64,000 nucleotides of DNA from Camelus dromedarius (GCF_036321535.1 NC_087436.1:84198001-84262000); one strand, 5' to 3'; shown: positions 12,221 through 25,330, counted from the stretch's first letter. Translations and numbers: made by a program. The notes: generated by a model from the sequence alone, not told the origin.

Positions 12221-13029
12221 TGTTTCCCTTCAGGGCACTAGCCAATCTACTTATGGAAGGTTCATCTTAGCTCTCAGAGTGGTTTTCAAACTCTCAACAT
12301 GTTTCATTGCTTTCCTGCCATTGGCTAAGCCTTTCATCCATCCCAAGACCAAACAAAGTCTTGACCTGGGTCTCTCTGAGGCCTCTCCCCTAGTACACTG
12401 TGCACTCTAAGGGTGTAGATGTTTTTGCAGGGGGTGAAACAACCTGTTTCCCAAGGGTGTGCCCTCTCTCAGGTTGTACAGAACATGCCCTCGGAGCGTG
12501 CCAGGGCATCCTTCTCCACTAATGGTGGTGCTGTTCAAGCCCAACAGGCAGAGCTGCGGGAGCCTGGAAGCCAGAAGCATCCATGGGAGACCACTAGCAG
12601 GCTCAAGAGAGATGCACACGGGAAAACAAGTCTCTCGCCTAGGGGCCAGCTGAGGGCTGGAAAGTCCACTTTGAGTGAAATCCCAACAGTTAAGAGCCAA
12701 GAGAGTTGGAAAAAACAAGAAAACTCCCATCTACACATACATTTTCCACTGGAGCCATTCCATCTGTGTTTTTTTTCTCCAGGGCCTCGCCATGAGGACC
12801 TTGCTTGCATTGACCATCAAGAGCATTCAGTTCAGGGAGAAAAGGGAGAGGAAAGAGGAATGAAGACAGCAAGGCCCTGGACAAGGGAGAAGGGTCGTTG
12901 TGGAAATAATTCCTGACTCTAGAAGGTGATGATCTCCCAAGTTTCCCTGGGGTCTCCTCCAGATCCTTGGTCCCAGGGAGGAGGGAGTATGTGACAATAG
13001 GGAGAGTCGTGCCCTGATGGCCAGCAGCA

Positions 13030-13128
13030 CTGGGTTCTACTGCTCCTGGCGGTACTACTCACTTTGCTGAGTGACCTTGGACAAGCCACTTCACCTTGAA
13101 ACTCCAGTTCCTCTTCTATGAAATGAGA
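13030..13128 (+). mobile_element. MIR/MIR3 5' part (tail resumes ~16270-16310)
   Basis: CTGGGTTCTA..GTGACCTTGGACAAGCCACTTCACC..CAGTTCCTCTTCTATGAAATGAG; later AGATGTTCTCTAAGG. Confidence 0.7.
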
Positions 13129-13140
13129 AATTGAACTTTT

Positions 13141-13493
13141 TAAAAAATTGAGATATAGTTGATTCACAACATTATGTAAATTTCAGGTGTACAACACAGT
13201 GATTCACAATTTTTAAAGATTATACTCCATTTACAGTTATTATAAAATATTGGCTCTATTCCTTGTGTTGTACTATATATCCATGTAGCTTATTTATTTT
13301 ATGCATAGTAGTTTTTACCTCTTAATGCCCTACCCCATCTTGCCCTTTCCCCCTTCCCTCTCCCCACTGGTAACCACTAGCTTGTTCTCTACATTTGTGA
13401 GTCTGTTTCTTTTTTGTTATATTCACTAGTTTTATTTTTCAGATTTCACATATAAGTGGTAACACAGTGTTTGTCTCTCCCTGTCAGACTTAA
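13141..13493 (-). mobile_element. L1 3' UTR fragment
   Basis: Antisense L1 3' UTR (TTCAGGTGTACAACACAGTGATTCA..CCACTGGTAACCACTAG); perfect 16-bp TSD GAGAAATTGAACTTTT at 13125-13140 and 13494-13509. Confidence 0.92.
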
Positions 13494-13528
13494 GAGAAAT
13501 TGAACTTTTAAAAAAAAAATATGGTAAA

Positions 13529-15452
13529 TACCTAGTAATAAACTTACTTAGGGAGGCAAAAGACTTCTACTCCAAAAACTTTAAGACACTGATGAAAGAA
13601 ACTAAAGATGACACAAACAGATGGAAAGATATACTGTGTTCTTGGGTTGGAAGAATCAATACTGTTAAAATGTCTATCCTACCCAAGGCAAATACAGATT
13701 CAGTATGTTCTCTATCAAATTACCAATGACATTTTTCACACAACTGGAACAAAAAAAAATTTAAGTTATATGGAAACACAAAGACCCTGAATAGCCAAAA
13801 CAATCTTGAGAAAGAAGAATGGAGCTAGAGGAATCACAATCTCTGACTTCAGACTATATTACAAGGCTATAGTAAGCAAAACAGTATGGTACTAGCACAA
13901 AAACAGACACATAAATCAATGGAAGAGGTTGGAAAGCCCAGAAATAAACCTATGCACTTATGGTCACTTAAACAAAGGAGGCAAGGATATACAATGGAGA
14001 AAGAACAGTCTCTTCAATAAGTGGTGATGGGAAAACTGGACAGCTACATGTAAAAAGAATGAAATTAGGACATTTCTAACACCATATATAAAAATAAACT
14101 CAAAATGGATTAAAGACCTAAATGTAAGACTTATACTCTAAAACTCTTAGAGGAAAACATAGGCAGAATACTCTTTGACATAAATCACAGCAATATTTTT
14201 TTTGATCTGTCTCCTAGAGTAATGGAAATAAAAACAAAAATAAGCAATGGGATCTAATAAAACTTAAAAGCTTTTACATAGCAAAGGAAACCATAAATAC
14301 ATAAAATAAAAATACAGCCTATGGAATGGGAGAATATATTTTGCAAATGATGAGACTGACAAGTGATTCATTTCCAAAATAGACAAACAGCTTATACAGC
14401 TTAATATCAAAAAAACAAACAAACAAAAAAGCAACTCAATCAAAAAAATGGGCAGAAGACCTAAATAGACATTTCTCCAAAGAAGATACACAGATGGCCA
14501 ACAGGCGCATGAAAAGATGTTCAATTTACTTATTAGAGAAATGCAAATCAGAACTACAATGAAGTATCACCTCACACCAGTCAGAGTGGCCATCATTAAA
14601 AAGCCTACAAATAATAAATGCTGGAGAGGGTGTGGAGAAAAAGGAATCCTCCTACACTGTTGGTGGGAATGTAAATTGATGCAGCCATCATGGAGGACAG
14701 TATGGAGTTTCCTCAAAAAAACTAAAACTACAGTTACCATATGACCCAGCAATCCCACTCCTGGGCGCATATCTGAAGAAATGTATAACTTGAAAATACA
14801 CATGCACCCCAATGTTCATAGCACCACTATTTACAATAGCTGAGACATGGAAACAACCTAAATATCCATCAACAGATGACTGGATAAAGAAGATATGATA
14901 TGTGTGTGTGTATACACACACACACAATGGAATATTACTCAGCCATAAAAAAGAATGAAATAATGCCACTTGCGGCAACATGGGTGGACCTAGAGATTAT
15001 CATATTAAGTGAAGTACGTCAGACAGAGAAAGACAAACATCATATAATATCACTTATATATGCAATCTAAAAAAATGATACAAATGAATTTATTCACAAC
15101 CTGTAAATAGACTCACAGACATAGAAAACAAACTATGATTACCAAAAGGGAAAGGGGTGGGGAGGAGGGATAAATTAAGAGTTTTGGATTAACAGATACT
15201 CGCTACTATATATAAAATAGATAAACAACAAGGACCCACGGTATAGCACAGGGAACCATATGCAATATCTTGTAATAACCTATAATGGAAAAGAATCTGA
15301 AAAAAGTACACACACACACACATATATGTTATTCAGTTATATATACACATATATATAACTGAGTAACTTTGCTGTACACCTGAAACTAACACAACACTGT
15401 AAATCAACTATTCTTCAATAAAAATAAATTTTTAAAAAGGATACTTCAAACT
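13529..15452 (+). mobile_element. 5'-truncated L1 (~1.9 kb: ORF2 3' part with stops/frameshifts + 3' UTR)
   Basis: ORF2 peptide [57 protein letters not shown](A/G)TGG(T/C)AAA at 13514-13528 and 15453-15467. Confidence 0.95.
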
Positions 15453-15467
15453 AAAAAATGTGGCAAA

Positions 15468-16107
15468 ATATATAGAACATAAAATTTCCCATTTTAAACA
15501 TTTTTAACTGTATATAGTTCAGTGGCATTAAATATATTCATGCTGTTATGCAATCATTACATTATCCATCTCTAGAACTTTTTCATCTTCCCTAATTGAA
15601 ATTTCATACATGTTAAACACTAACACCTCATTCCTCCCTCCCTCCCTCAAGCCCCTGGCACCTACCATTCTATTTTCTGTCTCCATAAATTTGCCTATTC
15701 TAGGTAAATCATTTAAGTGGAATCATACAATATTTGGTCTTTTGTGACTGACTTATTTCACTTGGTATAGTGTTGTCAAGGTTCATCTATGTTGTAGAAT
15801 GTGTCAGAATTACTTTTTAAGTCTGAACAATATTCCATTATATGCATATACCACATTTTGTTTATCCATCTATCCATTGATTGGATTGCTTCCACCTTTT
15901 GGCAATTATGAATGATGCTACTGTGAACATGGGTGTGCAAGTATTTGTTTGAGTCCTTGCTTTCACTTTTTTTGGCTATGTACCCAGAAGTGGAATTGCT
16001 GGATCATATGATAATTTTATGTTTAATTTCTTGAGGAACCACCAAACCGTTTTCCATAGCGGCCGCACAGTTTTCCATTCCCATCAGCAATGCACAAGGC
16101 TTCCAAT
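15468..16107 (-). mobile_element. Older L1 (L1MB-like) 3' end
   Basis: CATAAAATTTCCCATTTTAA..TTCAGTGGCATTAA..TACCCAGAAGTGGAATTGCTGGATCATATG..CATTCCCATCAGCAATG. Confidence 0.9.
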
Positions 16108-16734
16108 AAAAAATTGAACTTTTATTAGTCAAAGAATCCATTTTTCAGAGGAAATGTTCCAGGATGCTCTATGTGCAAAAGACATTAGAGTGGAATGCTC
16201 CAGAAACAGTGGGGGCGAGGAGCCCAATAACCCCAGAAGCATCTCTGTGGAACAAAATGAAAACTGGGTAAGATGTTCTCTAAGGCTCCTTCACATGTCA
16301 AGCATCGATTAGTCCGCATTTACGTGACATAGCGAACAGCCAGTAGGTGTAAGGCATATTTGATTTACTTATGCATTACCTGTTCCAGAAAGGATTTGAG
16401 GAGATTTGCAAAAACTCATACAATATAAGGGAGAAAATACATAGTTAAGAGTATCAGGGCCGAGAAGGGTGGGAGGGATGCCTTTCAGTTGTATGAGCAG
16501 ACACTGCCTCTGCCCACTGGCTCTTTCAACGTGAGTACTGTAGGTGAAGGAAGTCAGAGAAATCCAGGGGGAGACCGCTGTATGAACATGTGGAATCTCC
16601 AGAGGCAAAGGAAGGCAAGATTGTCTATGTTATACATTCCTTCACCCAAAGCCACGTTGCAAGACTCAGAGTATAAAGAGGGCAAGAATCTCATTTTGAG
16701 CAGAACAAAGCATGTTGAGGAAGCAAATTAGTGC

Positions 16735-16940
16735 ATCTAAGAATGGACCTAAGTCATAAACCCAAGGTTTACATCCTAGCTCCACTACCTGCCAATCCAG
16801 GGCAGAAAACTTAACCTCTTTAAGCCTCTGTTTTCCCATCTGTAAATGAGGACGATGTGAGGGATTGCTGTGAGGATTAATGCAGGCAATGCAAGTCCAG
16901 GGCCTGGAATAGTAAGCTATCAGCACATGGTAGCTACTCT
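16735..16940 (+). mobile_element. MIR SINE
   Basis: ACTTAACCTCTTTAAGCCTCTGTTTTCCCATCTGTAAATGAGG..GCTGTGAGGATTAA. Confidence 0.8.
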
Positions 16941-17369
16941 TACTGGAATTATACTTTGGAAGTTCCCGTATCTTGTCTTTCTTGTCCATCCCTCCATCCC
17001 CAGCACTTAGCAGAGTGCTGGTCATAGTAGGTGTTGAATAGATGTTTGTAGACTTGCACTGATACAGATGTTTTTCCTGTTTGACGTGCTCTGTGCCGCA
17101 CGCCTTCTGACATTGATAGGTGACAGGGTTGAAAAGCATGAGGTCAGGCTAGTTAAAGGTGTTGCCCACTGGGTAACACCCAGAGACTAAAAGCTCATGG
17201 GTTTGATGAAATTCAGGCTATGGAATGTACCTGACCCAGGTCAAGGGTGTGCTTTCCCTCACACCCTCCCTCTTCAAAGGAATGCATTTCGCTTATTGCC
17301 ATGGAAGATGTAAAATAAACTGGATAATAAATTAGGGCAAGAGAGAGCTCAGCCCTGCAAACTTCTTTT

Positions 17370-18210
17370 CAGTTCAACAACTATTTGTTGAATGTTGAAC
17401 ATTTAGCATTTAAAGCTCTTTACTGGGCACTACTGGATATTTGAAGGTTAGCAAGAAAACATCTCTTCTCTCAAAACACGTACTTTCCAATAGACGGGTG
17501 GTAGAGAGAGATGCTAGTGTAAGAAAAATGCCATAAAGATGATCAAATGGGAAATGAAAGAAGGGAGAAATTACTTTCAGTTATAATCGTCTGGGTATGT
17601 TTCTCATGGGAGGTACCTTTTCAGGTGGCCTTTGAATTTGGAGTAGGGGTGGAAAGCAGATTAGAGGCAGGAGAATGATGGGAGCAGAGGAGTGTAGACT
17701 GCTTGGCAATGAGTCCGCTGTCTTAGATGGATCATACATGTAGAAGAATATGTCTAGAAAGAGGGTTTTGAGGGTCTTGAAGGTTAGATGAAGATTTATA
17801 GGGAAAGGGGAGCAACAGAGATTTTGAGTAGGGAAGAGGTGTGATCAGGCTGGTAATGGGGAAAATTAAACTGGTGGTGCTGTGTAAAATGGATTGAGGG
17901 GGAGAAAGACAGGAAGTAGGGGATGACTTAGGGAGCAGTTGCAGTGGCTCTGGGAAGAAATTACACACGAGGGTGTTGACAGCAAGAATGGATGAAAAGG
18001 GGGAGGTACAGTTCAAGTAGTAGAGTGCATGCTTAGCAAGCATGAGGTCTTGGGTTCAATCTCCAGTACCTCCTCTAAAAATAATAAATAAATAAACCTA
18101 ATTACCTCTCCCCACCAAAAAAAGAAAAAGAAAAGAAAAAAAGAATGGATGAGAGGGACCTATTAGAGAGGCTTTGCTGAAGTAATAATTACAGGAGTTA
18201 AGAGTCAGTG
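17370..18210 (-). mobile_element. Degenerate L2 (interrupted by a SINE)
   Basis: TTCAACAACTATTTGTTGA..CTGGGCACT; purine-rich GATTTTGAGTAGGGAAG..GTGATCAG..CTGGTGGTGCTGTGT..AATGGATTG. Confidence 0.65.
17999..18140 (+). mobile_element. Camelid tRNA-Ala-derived SINE (vic-1 type)
   Basis: GGTACAGTTCAAGTAGTAGAGTGCATGCTTAGCA..GGGTTCAATCTCC; A-rich tail; TSD AAGAATGGATGA at 17984-17995 and 18141-18152. Confidence 0.92.
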
Positions 18211-19159
18211 CCCTGTTTTACTCTGAGAGAAAATGAAGTTTGGGTACTTAATCTTTCCCAAATCAGCTCTCACAATCTTCCCAGACCCAGGCTTGGAAGC
18301 AAAAAGTGGACCCCAGGTCTGTTGGTTGGCAGAGGGGCTTGGAGAGCTGGAAGCATCTCTCATTCCCCCTTGTTCTCCACATGCTTTACCCAAATTCAGC
18401 CTCAGAGGAAAGAGCTAGGTGAGCAAGATCTGAGAAGAAAGCTTCCCTGCCACTCCCCAGGTTCTCAGTTCTGCTGGGACTGCCCACTCATCACAAGATG
18501 AGTCTTGGCAACCTTGTTTGTGATAATAAGGACATAGCACAGCACTCACGCATCTCTTGGGATGTGACAATGACGAGGATTATTAGCTTATGTGTTCCTG
18601 GCCCACTGATCTTTCTCCCCTCCATCCCCCCATCACCAGCTAAACAGAATTTTCTCTGTACTGCTTAGCTTCTCCCTCTCTCCTGCTCTCCAAGAAGAAT
18701 TCTGTCAATTCTCTTGTTTCTCTCATAATATAGAGATAGGGAGAGAGAAACCAGACTGGACAGTTAGGAAAAGGAGTAAAATTCTTGATGGCTTGGTCTG
18801 TTCCAGGATTACCCTTTGGTCTGTAAAATTCAGGCCATGGGCTAAATTGACTAGATACTAATGAATGAAGTCAAAAGACCAAATCAGCCTATATAATAAG
18901 GAGCTAAGAGAGAAGTAGGGAAAAAAGAAAATGGAAAAATGTGGGCTAGGTTTCAGGGAACATTTCCAGGGAAGAGTTGGCAAATGAGAGGTTCTGGGAG
19001 CTATATGGTATGGGTTGAATCTCTTCTAATGCTAATTAAATATTGGAATTTTGGTTTGGTGTGCTCAATGTTTTTAATGTTTTGTTTTAATGGCTTTTCA
19101 TCCTTGGGCTGGACAGCACTGTATTCCAGCTTATACTCAGGTTACAAAATAGTCAACAC

Positions 19160-19420
19160 AGCACAATGGTCAACAGCAGGAATTCTTCAGCCAAACTCTT
19201 GGATCTCAAATCCCATTTCTACTACTTAATAACTTTGTGACTTTTGGCAAGATACTTAATTCTTTGCAACTCAGTTGCTTTGTCTGTAAAGTGAGTTAAC
19301 AAGAGTATCTGCTTCAAAGAGCTGTTTTGAGGATTAAATGCGGTCATATCTGTAAAGCTTATGTAAAGCTCACGTGAAACCTGCTGCAGTCAGCACTGTA
19401 TGAGCGCTAGCTACTACTCA
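19160..19420 (+). mobile_element. MIR SINE
   Basis: TCAAATCCCA..TACTTAATAACTTTGTGACTTTTGGCAAG..CTCAGTT..TCTGTAAA..GAGGATTAAATG. Confidence 0.8.
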
Positions 19421-19539
19421 CACCGGTAAATCGGAGGTCACGGGACTCTTCTGCCTTGGTCCAACCAAGATGGTGAAGATGACTGTCAGAGAAGAGTTAT
19501 TCTCAGCAAAACAGATCCTAACTTCTGGGAAAGAATGGA

Positions 19540-20056
19540 GGTTTTAGGCAGATTTCTAAAATGAACCCCAGTGATTCTCACCATGGGGACCCGATGATTA
19601 CCCTTGTGTAACCCACCCGCCTCGAGTGTGGGCTGGACCTGGTGACCTGTGGGTAACTCAGAATGATGGAATGTCACCTTCACAGTTAGATTACCAAAGG
19701 TTATCACTTCAGTCCTGCTAGCAGATTCTTTTGTTGGCTTTGATGATGCAAGCTGCCTTGCCAGAGAGGCCCTTATCCCAGGGAACTGAGGGACACCAGT
19801 GGCCAACAGCGTGTAAAGAATTGAGACCCTCAAACCAACAGCCCATGAGGAACTGCCAACAACCAATGAGTGAGTTGGAAATAGACCCTGTCTCAGTTGA
19901 AACTTAACTGCAGCCTTCTGAGAGACCCTGAGGCAGAGATCCCAGTTAAGCCATGCCCAGATTCCTAACCTAGAAACTGTGAGTTGGTAAATGCATGTGG
20001 TTTTAAACCACTAAGTTTTAGAGTAATTTGATACGTGACAATAGACAACTAATAAA
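19540..20056 (+). mobile_element. MaLR LTR (MLT1F-like)
   Basis: CCCTTGTGTAA..GAGTGTGGGCTGGACCT..GCAGCCTTCTGAGAGACCCTGAGGCAGAG..CCAGATTCCT..GACAACTAATA. Confidence 0.85.
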
Positions 20057-20289
20057 GTACCAAAGTAGGAACTTGGGAACTGAATTAAGGGAAGCGATCC
20101 AGCTCTGGGGCATGAGGGTGGAAGTCCAGGAGGGCTTCCTGGTGAGTCACAGCATAAGGAGCATCTTATGGTCGCACTGGGGAACCACGCCCTGGTCTGC
20201 GCGGGGCAGAGATCAACTCAGGCTGAGCTCTTCAGGATGAGGTGGTGGAGGCTGCCCCAGGGCTTCCTGTTCAAGTGCAGATCAGTCAG

Positions 20290-21650
20290 GGAACACTTAG
20301 TTCTCATCTTGCGTCACTGACCTCTTTGCAGCATTTGAGTGTGTACTCTTCTGGAAATGCCTCCTTATCTTCATGACACCACTCCACTCATTTGTTTATT
20401 CATTCATGCAACAACTATGAGCTGGACATGTCTACTTGGTCTGCATACATTACAAACGAGGAGAAGTGGCCCTCACAGTTTATCATTTCTTGTGGCTTTC
20501 TCCCTATCCTTTTAACTGCTCCTTTATGTCCTTCCCTGGGGTGACATTTGTTTCACATACCCCTTAAAGTCTGGTGTTCCCCATGGTGTTGTCCTTGTCC
20601 CTCTTTCCTTCTCAGCTAGCATGCCCCCACCAGATGACTCAGGCTGTGTCGATCGCGTGTGTACTGATGACCCTAATCTATGTCTCCAGCTCAGAACTCA
20701 GTGCCAGACAGCGCCTCCAACGGTGTGTGCTACTTACATCCCACAGATACTTCAAGCTCAAAATGACCAAAATTAAACTCATTTTCTCTACCCCTCCCCT
20801 CTCCTGTCCCACTCAAACCTTCCTTTTCTCCAACATTTCCTCTCCCAAATAACAGCGCCATCACCCGCCCAAACAGAATACAGGAGTCACCCAAATTCTT
20901 TTCTCCTGGCCTCCCCCTTTCCTCCTCCAAGCTCACTAAATCTTACAGATTTTATCTCCTAACTACCCATTTCCTGGTCCTCATTTCTTTCACAGGCCCA
21001 TTTATATCTTTTTTTTTTTTTTTTAAACAAAGGCTGATGCAGCAACTTTTACACTGATTTCCCTGTCTCTCTGCTCACTCCCTCTGCTTCAACCTTCACA
21101 CTGGTGCCAGTGTGATGCTTCTAGTTGCTGGACCGTAGAGTCCTGGCTCACACCCTACAGTGGCCCCCCGCGGTCCACAGGATGAAGTCCATGTTCATTA
21201 GCTTGGTGCTTGTAGCCCTTCGTGACCTGACTTTGACTGCTTCTCAGCCGCATCCTCAGCTCCTTCTGCAAACAAATTCACTGCTCCAGCCACACAAGCT
21301 GCACTCTTCCTGCCTTGCTGTGGTTTGTTCTCTTTTGCTTGGAAGGCCCTCCCCCAATCATGTCTACCAGGTGAATTCCAAGTCATCCTTCAAGACTCAG
21401 CCTCAAAAATTTCTTTGCTTTCCTCAGGTGACATTGATGCCCCCATACTGTCCTTGGATTCCTTTTCTGATAGTTCTTTTCACACCTTATTTACATTCAA
21501 TTGTTGCATGTCAGTGTTTCCTGCTTGCCTGTGAGCTCCTTGAAGGCAGCCACTCTGTGTTTTCATCTTTAATTTCAGTCCTTGGCCTTCACTAGGCAGC
21601 CAGTGAAAGTTTGCTAAATAAATAAGTGGATAAATGAACAAATGAATCAA
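20290..21650 (+). mobile_element. L2 3' region (degenerate, fragmented)
   Basis: TGACCTCTTTGCAGCATTTGA; ATCTATGTCTCCAGC; CAAAATTAAACTCAT; TGTGAGCTCCTTGAAGGCAG; tail TGCTAAATAAATAAGTGGATAAATGAA. Confidence 0.75.
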
Positions 21651-22649
21651 CTGGTCAGCACAGAGCTGAGTCTGCAGGTGGGGAGGTAAATGGGCCCAGC
21701 TGTTGGGAGTTCTAGAAGGATAACAGGGGGAGTGGAACTATTCATTCCTTTCCATTCTCAGGGCCTACAGCCCAGGATTTTTTTCCATCATTTTATACAG
21801 ATACACCTGCCACAAGCCTTCTAATTTAGTGAAGTCGGGCCATAGTTATAAATCACATAAAGTCAAAATTAGCCCCTTGAGAATCCTTTAAAATGCTTTT
21901 AAAGTACAGTATATGCAGATATACCAGTTCTCAACTTGGTACATCCGGTTTCCTCTCTGGCCTGGAAAGAGAGCTACTTCCTTAGTTGAGAACCAGATGA
22001 AGTAGTTGGCTGGCATTCAGAGGCCCTGCTGCAAGTCAAATCATTATCACACTCATCATGGTGAGATGCTACTCACTGTGAGGAGGAGGAGGAGGAAGCA
22101 GATTGAACGAGACCAGCTGACTCTCGTCTACTAGGCCTCACTCCACTCAGGGCTGTGTGCACTTGGTAAGGCCCCAACCCCTCCCCTACTCCAGTCACTC
22201 AAATCCCAAGCCCACTTCTTAACTTCAAAACCCCCTGCCTAAGCCTGGCCCCTCCTTACCAATCCACCACACCTCCTGCTCTTAAGAGGTACTCTCTGCT
22301 CAGGTGAGGTCAGCTTCCTTCCTGGTCTCTGCTCCAAGCTCTTTCCCACCTATCTGTCCTTGCTTGATCTGTGCACTCTGACAGGATGTCTTCCTCGTTC
22401 CCCTTCCTTTACTCAGATCCCACTAATGGGTCAAGGCCCTGCACATTTCACCCTCTCCGAAAGTTTGTATCTCTCCATGTCCACGCTGGTGTCTCCCATT
22501 TCTGAGTTCCTGTTGCCCTTAGGGTCAGGACTAAGCTCTTAAGTTCAGCCTTTAACTGTTGGTCTATGGAAACTTTCCCATGGCTGGGAGTTTTGGTCCA
22601 CTAGCAAATATCTTGTAGAAGGGTATTTGACAAATCAAGAAGAGTAGGG

Positions 22650-23460
22650 AATTAGAAGAACTGACAAACCCTATTGTTGGCAAGCCTGTGTGGCCAATGA
22701 AACTCTCATATACCGCTGGTAGGAGTGAAAACTGTTTGGCAATACCCTTTAAAACTAAATATTTATCTGTACTTTGACTCAGCAACTCCACTTTTGTTTG
22801 TACTTGTTTTTTGTTTTTGTTTTTGTTTTTGGCAGGGGGTGGGAGGTAATTAGGTTTATTTACTTACTTTTAGAGGAGGTACAGGGGATTGGACCCAGGA
22901 CCTTGTGCATGCTAAGCATGGACTCTACCACTTGAGCTATACCCTCCCCCCAGCAACTCCACTCTTGGGTCAAGATAAAAAAGTGCATATGTCTGCCAAA
23001 AGATAGTGACAAACATGTTCATGCCAGCTTTAGCCATAATAACCAAAAACTGGTAACAATTCAAATGCCTATCAACGGTAGATTAGGATAGTATTTTATA
23101 CAATAGAATGTTATGCAGCAATGAAAAAGAATATACTACTGCTGTATATAACAACACAGATGAATCTCACAGACATAATATTGAGTGAAAGAAGCCAAAC
23201 ACAAAAGAACATGTACTGTCTGATTGCATTTGTATGAAGTTCAAGCACAGGCAAGATAATCTATGGTGTCTACACCCCTTTTGCAGAGCTATCTTTGCAG
23301 AATTATGACTGGAAAGGAGAACAGGGGAAACTCTGAGGATTCTGAAAATATTTAAATGTTGAATTGGGTGGTGATTACCCAAGCATGTATGTAAAAAGTT
23401 ATCAAAGCTGTACATTTTAGATTGGTACATTTCACTAAGTCATATCAATAAAAAGTCAAA
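22650..23460 (+). mobile_element. Ancient L1 (L1MC/ME-like) 3' end, interrupted by a SINE
   Basis: GAAACTCTCATAT..GCTGGTAGGAGTG; GATGAATCTCACAGACATAATATTGAGTGAAAGAAGCCA; TCAATAAAAA. Confidence 0.85.
22796..22950 (-). mobile_element. Camelid tRNA-Ala-derived SINE (vic-1 type)
   Basis: GGACCTTGTGCATGCTAAGCATGGACTCTACCACTTGAGCTATACCCTCCCC; TSD CAGCAACTCCACT(T/C)TT at 22780-22795 and 22951-22966. Confidence 0.93.
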
Positions 23461-23470
23461 AAGAGGAGTA

Positions 23471-23720
23471 TGTTGTAGGTAGCTGTTGCTCTTGTTATCC
23501 AGCACTCATTTATCCCTTTCTTAAAGTAATTTAACCCTGATTTACCACTGGCCTTTACCTTTAGGGGGTGTAGAAAAGCTGATATATATGTCATATGATC
23601 TAGGACTGGCCAGAGTTTTCCACACCCTGGCCACAGTAATTGGTTCAGGGATGGACATGTGATTTAAACCAAAGCAATGGGATTCAAACCCAGAACTTTA
23701 AAACAAATCCTAAGCTTCTG
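23471..23720 (+). mobile_element. Old MaLR LTR fragment (MLT1J/K-like)
   Basis: CCCTGGCCACAGTAATTGGTTCAGGGATGGACATGTGA..CCAAAG. Confidence 0.55.
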
Positions 23721-23989
23721 TGTATATTTACAAGAAGATGGGAGGTTCTATGGACGTATGTCAGCTCCCTGTTAGAGCTAGCTCCTCAGAGGGAAAAGAA
23801 CAGAAAAAAAAGTCCTCCTAATCCTCACGGCCCCCTTACTGAGAAACAGCTCCCTTCTATGTCCATCCCTCACTTGCGTGGAGGCTGTAGTCTCCCTGGT
23901 GACGTGGACATGAGTAAGAGTATGGTTTGGGATTTGTCAGATATCTTCCATACAGACTCAAGGATCACATGATCACAATCTAGCTGCAA

Positions 23990-24471
23990 GAGAGACTGGC
24001 AATGTAAGAGTGCTGAAACAAACACATTCGGGGGCCCACTTCCCATCCCCCTGGCCACCTCTGACCTCAGCCACGGCTACAACAGACAGTCGTCTTACAC
24101 GAGCCCAGATGCTAGTTGCCCTGACAGCATCCCTCTTCTAGTGGCCTTCAGTGCTCTGCCCCTGGGCCTTCTCCAACACCCTAGGATCCTGCTCAGCCTA
24201 CAGGTAATAGTACCCAAAAGTACAGGGGTATTAATGTCCCTCTTGGCAACTTCCAGCCACCGGGGGATGGAAGCTAGTGGATAAATTCTCTCATCTTCAG
24301 ATGAATGGTTGTAGGAGGCCTTCTGTACTGTCTCACCTCAATAACATACTTTCCTTCCTGACATCACACTCCCTGATACCCAACTCCTGCTTCAGGTGAG
24401 CCCTCCTTAGGAAACGACCTGGACTCAGTCCTTCTGTCAGACTCTGCTTTGTGGGGAACTCAAACTCAGAC
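23990..24471 (+). mobile_element. ERVL LTR (LTR16-like)
   Basis: GGATGGAAGCTAGTGGATAAATTCTC..TCACACTCCC..CTCTGCTTTGTGGGGAACTCAAACTCAGACA end; 5' boundary uncertain. Confidence 0.6.
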
Positions 24472-25109
24472 AAGAACTCACGTAGAATAGGGGAGCACTA
24501 ACTGTTCTCAGACGCAGTCTGTGGGGCTTTATCTGTCAGCTTAAGGTAAGAAAAGGTTTGGAGTTGCAAGAACCTATTGGAAAACTCCACAAAAAAAAAA
24601 AAAAAAAACAACGTTTCAGGGGGTTTGCAGAGCCCTTGGGAGAGGCAATGGTATCGGAACATCTTTGCCTTTCTCCTTTGTGGCTCCATCTTGGATTTTA
24701 CTCCAAGTCATTTCCGATTCCCATTTGTTACCTTAATGGCTTATGTTAGAGCAGAGTTTTGCTGAGAGGGTTGTCTAGGGCTTAATTCCTTTGTGTAAAT
24801 GGCAGCGGCTTGCTGTAATTCTGTTGCTTCTCTTTTCTGATGAGATGATGTGATTGTGGCTTTAATGTTTACATAAAATTATGCCCTCATTTCAGCCCCT
24901 GTGGCCAACTCTGGTTGACACATGTAAGTTGAATAATTATTAGGTTCTAACTTTGCTGAGGCATGCCTCCAAGGTAATTTAGGTCCCATAAGTATCTGAT
25001 TGGGCCTAGATATTTCTGGGCTTTAGTGAGTACATTTGTATATTTAGACCCAACCAAATCAGTGATGGTCAAATAGGGGTTTCAGAGTTTCTTTGATTAA
25101 AAAACACAC

Positions 25110-25330
25110 AGACTGTGCTTTTACTCAGTGCCAGTCCCAGTCACCATTGCTAATCCCTACAACACTCTGGCAAGGTGGTAGTCACGATCTCCCCTTTACA
25201 GCTGAAAAAGCAGGGAACTCAGAGAACCACAGTGACATCATAGGCTCAAAGTCATACAACAAGTGCATTGGCATAGCCGAGGTTTAAATATAGATCCAGC
25301 TGATGCCAGATTTCTAGCTCCTCCCTCTGT
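25110..25330 (-). mobile_element. MIR SINE
   Basis: TAATCCCTACAACACTCT..CCCCTTTACAGCTGAAAAAGCAG..CTCAGAGA..AAGTCATACAAC. Confidence 0.65.

Noticed and set aside
12407..12916. Cluster of overlapping ORFs up to 165 aa
   Set aside because: Open on both strands in GC-balanced DNA; no homology recognised and no exon boundaries
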